NCBI RefSeq assembly: GCF_009914755.1
Contig: NC_060933.1
Origin: the human T2T-CHM13v2.0 reference genome, Homo sapiens
DNA: 64,000 nucleotides
Direction: 5' to 3' (one strand)
Below, piece by piece: positions 59,590 through 64,000 of this stretch. The first letter of the stretch is position 1; each line of letters begins with the position of its first letter. A program made the translations under genes and the position numbers. Under the pieces are notes generated by a model, which had not been told where the DNA came from, ran no database searches, and saw only the letters and a list, made by a program, of their open reading frames with translations.

Positions 59590-60070
59590 AGTTGGATGCA
59601 AAGCTGGGAAGGAAAGGTATTCCACATAGCAACAACAGCATGAGCAGAGCCACAGAAGAGAGACATTGGGGGGGGGGGGGTAATTATGAGGAACAGCTGA
59701 GAGTTATCTTTTAAAATTAACTTTATTGAAGCATAGTTTGCATACAATTAAATGCACCCATTTTAAGTTAATAGTTCGATGAATTTTAAGCAATGTATAT
59801 AAACCCATGTGACCACCATCTCAGAGAAAACTTCCTTTAAAAATTATCACTTCAAGCTGTTTTTGTGTTTAGTAAATGATAATTTTATTACAAGTTTTAT
59901 AATTCAATATTAAAACCAAAACAATACAGAGGCAATAAAATAGACTCAGAAAGCATATGCCTTGGAAATAGCTCTAGGTTTTAAACCTTACTTCTCAAGC
60001 AAGTTGCTAAATTTTTCAAAGCCTCAGTTTCCTCATCCATAAAATGGGGATAATAATAAAACCAGCCTCA

Positions 60071-60432
<362 letters not shown>

Positions 60433-61187
60433 ATATGTTAAACTTCTAGCACAAAGCCTGGAACATAGCAGGACCAGTAAATGGTGTTAGCCTTATCACA
60501 ATTAGACAGGCATTGGTTGTATAGTCACCCCAGAGTTATGGGACAGACTGTGAAACTTGTACACAAAGGCTTTGAAGGGGTCCTAAATGAAACTGTTAAA
60601 AGGCTAACAAAAATGGCAGTTCTGAGTTCCACTTCACAATCAGTGGTGAGGGCTCCAGTGTATTACATGCTCAAACCTGGTGCTTCGAGATGGAATGGGT
60701 CACTTGACAATTGATTCTGGAACAAGTTTAAAGCAAAACACTGAAAAGGTTCCCCATGAGTTTGTCAGACCTGCTCCCTGGCCTTTAAACAGAGCCTGAC
60801 CTCCCACATCTCAGGCCACAGGAAGCCGGCGAGGCCACGGCTCTAGGATTCCCCCAGCGGCCCCATCCTACTTGGGGGCCCAGCCACCTGCTCCGGCTCC
60901 AGCTCCCTGGCTCCCCAGCGTCCTGACTCCATGATCCAGTTTTGATATCCGCCTTAGGGCTGTCTCCTTGTGTCAAGACCCGTTTCTTCAGTTTACCTAC
61001 CTGTCACCCTACTCGTTCAACTCTGCAAGCTGTTTTGATAGCTGCCAACACCTACTGTGTACTGTTAAGATGCTCCCTTAGTCGCAGCTCCCTGGGACCC
61101 CCTGTCCCAGCTCCCAGCACACAGGACCCAGGACACAGTTGCAAGCATAATATAATTCAGGGGTCATGGGGACGGAGTGCCATCTAC

Positions 61188-61321
61188 CTGAGCAACAAAG
61201 AGCTGGAACTCGTCAGGCAGAATCCATGAGCGAGGGTAGAAGTTGTACTCCTCAGGAAAGAGATTCTGCATGGTTCTCACTGCTCTGCTCAGAGTAATTT
61301 TACGCACCATCTCCGTCATGC
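61188..61321 (-). CDS. TTLL11: TTLL11 internal coding exon (134 bp): (G)MTEMVRKITLSRAVRTMQNLFPEEYNFYPRSWILPDEFQLFVAQ
   Basis: Manual reverse-complement: tctccccag|GC ATG ACG GAG...GCT CAG|gtagat. Canonical splice sites, ends in phase 0 and joins the VQMVKDD exon. The YNFYPRSWILP motif is typical of TTLL enzymes and matches the recalled TTLL11 sequence. Not in the ORF track. Confidence 0.95.
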
Positions 61322-62025
61322 CTGGGGAGAAGAGACGCTGTGAGGTTTTAACAACAGTGGGCTACTAGCTATAAAACAGCCATTATTTGGGACTTTTAAA
61401 ACCACCCACCCGACATATTCTCTTTTTCAGGCAGGATTTTTAAAAAAGGTCTGAGTTGTTCCCCACAGCGGTGACTCATGGTTTGGAAAGAACTACTGAG
61501 TTAATGAAAAACTTGAGGTAACGGACGGGTGTTCTTTTCTCTTTATAAAAATGAAGCATCAGTTTGAAGGAATGAGTTTTCACCTAGTTTATTCTTTTAT
61601 TCTTTGTCACCCCCTTAGGTAATGAATAGGGAAGCATTTATATCTTGCACTTAAAATTTAATACCTTCTTTAATTTGGGGCCACCTTACGTGCTTCTGGG
61701 ATTCCTTCCGTCTTGTACCCTAGAGAATATCATCTAGTGGACTCTGGTTACATTATGAGAGGCTTAATTAAGTTTACTTCTTTTACTGTTTCATGAGTAT
61801 TAAAGGCATGGAATAGGAAAACACACATCTTTCAGCATAAAATCTGTCTCCTTGAATGAAGGACAGGAAATAAAAAGAATACCAAAATTTATACTTCAAG
61901 GGAAAAATGCAATCTGTAGGAGTTCCTCAGTTATAAGGACTGACACTGACATTGATCCTATCTCATTAATTTGCCCAGAGGGAATTGAAATGTCTCACTG
62001 TTATAAAACATTAAAAGAATGGTGG

Positions 62026-62126
62026 GGGTGTGAACCTGGGAGGCGGAGCTTGCAATGAGCCAAGATCGAGCCACTGCACTCCAGTCTGGGCAACAGAGCA
62101 GGACTCCGTCTCAAAAAAAAAAAAAA
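62026..62126 (+). mobile_element. 5'-truncated AluY 3' end
   Basis: gtgaacctgggaggcggagcttgca...poly(A); TSD aaaag(aa/gt)tggtgg. Confidence 0.85.
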
Positions 62127-62223
62127 GGTTGGTGGATTTTTTTTCTTGTAACATCATTAGTAACTCTGACAAGAGAAGAAACTGAGTACTATATATTGTA
62201 GCAAATTTTAAGCAAATAGGTAA

Positions 62224-62564
<341 letters not shown>

Positions 62565-62574
62565 ATCATCCTTA

Positions 62575-62876
<302 letters not shown>

Positions 62877-64000
62877 ATCATGCTTGTTTCTTAAGACAAA
62901 TATCATTGCCAAAAATGGTGGCTACAAATGGCCTTTACCCTGAAAGAGACCAAACAGTTCCATTACTGATACTAGAAATGTGCTTGGCAAAGCTATTTTT
63001 AATAGAAAATACAAAGTTCCATGTCAGCTTGGCATGCCCAAATTATCACACATTCCAAATGGGCAGTCAGAATGAATGAGTTTCCTCTAAATTCCCACGT
63101 TCAGAAAGAAAAGGGTAAACATCTGGGAAGGAAAGTTTTAAGAACCAACTTCTTGCTTCCATCAGCGTATTAAAAAGTGCAATAAATCTAAAGATCCCAG
63201 CTTCAAGACGTCAGTGCCCAGGTCTTAGTTGTTGTTTAGAAGGATGTAGGGAAGGATTAAGTAAGAAATAAAGGAGCTTAAAAAGCACTAATAAACTGCT
63301 CTAACATGGACTGTTCAATAGTCAAGAAAACTCACTGAGGACACTGTTCTGAGCTTCCCAAGAAGGGAGTCTGGAAAATCACAGCTATTTCCTTTTATTC
63401 TCCCTCGAAATTAGAATTGTTGCATAATAAACACTAGAGCTGACCGCAAAGTAAACAAAGCAAAACTTCAACTTTTTTGGAATCCTTTTGCTTGAGGTTT
63501 ACTAACATTAAAATGTTACCGTATTGAACTGAAAGCCTTCATAACTAACTGTAATACAGCACCTTACTCCACGTAGAGGATGCCTCCTGACCAAATAGTG
63601 TTGTGGTATTTTCTGCACTTTAAAGTCGTTGTGCCGGGGGAATGTTCTCTTCCGAAATCCCTCAGCAGGTCAGAAGGGCTCACACAACACAGAGAGCTGT
63701 GGGTACTTGAGGGCAGTCTGGGTGCTCCAGAAAAGTTTTGTGAAAATCTATGTCCAGCAAATTCAGTCAATATTCATTTAATATCGGCAATGGCTCCTTC
63801 TGTAATGTGCACCATCAGGCCCCACACCAGCTAATAGGTGTTTCCAAGTTTACCTTCATGTCTCCAGGCAGTTTTTCTACTGAAAATGGCCAACTTAAGA
63901 AGCACCCCTGGAAGCCAGGCACTTCCTGCCTGCAGGCCGGAGGCAGCTCACTCCAAACCTGCCTGAATGCCTGTCTCCAGGAGGGACGGGTGTAGACTTC

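Noticed and set aside
59668-59680. G13 homopolymer
   Set aside because: Isolated mononucleotide run with no supporting context.

Overview
Human (or very close hominine) genomic DNA, almost certainly an internal part of the tubulin polyglutamylase gene TTLL11, transcribed on the minus strand. Four coding exons have canonical AG/GT boundaries and join in frame (61321-61188, 19231-18656, 4444-4349, 3589-3474). They encode most of the TTL/ATP-grasp domain, including KPxxxxQGxGI, VQEYI, KFDIRLY, HLTNYSLN and LEVNANPS. The rest is intron, dense with Alu, L1, L2, MIR, LTR (MER41A, THE1, MST, MLT1) and DNA-transposon relics. I see no prokaryotic-type system, RNA gene or second protein-coding gene. 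The most unusual signals are four L1-machinery insertions that repeat annotation would split into unrelated pieces: (1) a 5'-truncated, prematurely polyadenylated SVA inside an L1; (2) a tiny L1 insert fusing inverted ORF1 to the 3' UTR; (3) an inverted-L1 plus unique-sequence 3' transduction with poly(A) and TSD; (4) an apparent ancient ~2.2 kb L1MA 3' transduction splitting an L1MC element. Also noted: a MIR-derived intronic poly(A) isoform that removes the catalytic ExN motif, two good CTCF motifs, and an unexplained 35-bp motif present twice. Repeat subfamily names are from recalled consensus sequences, and repeat boundaries are approximate.
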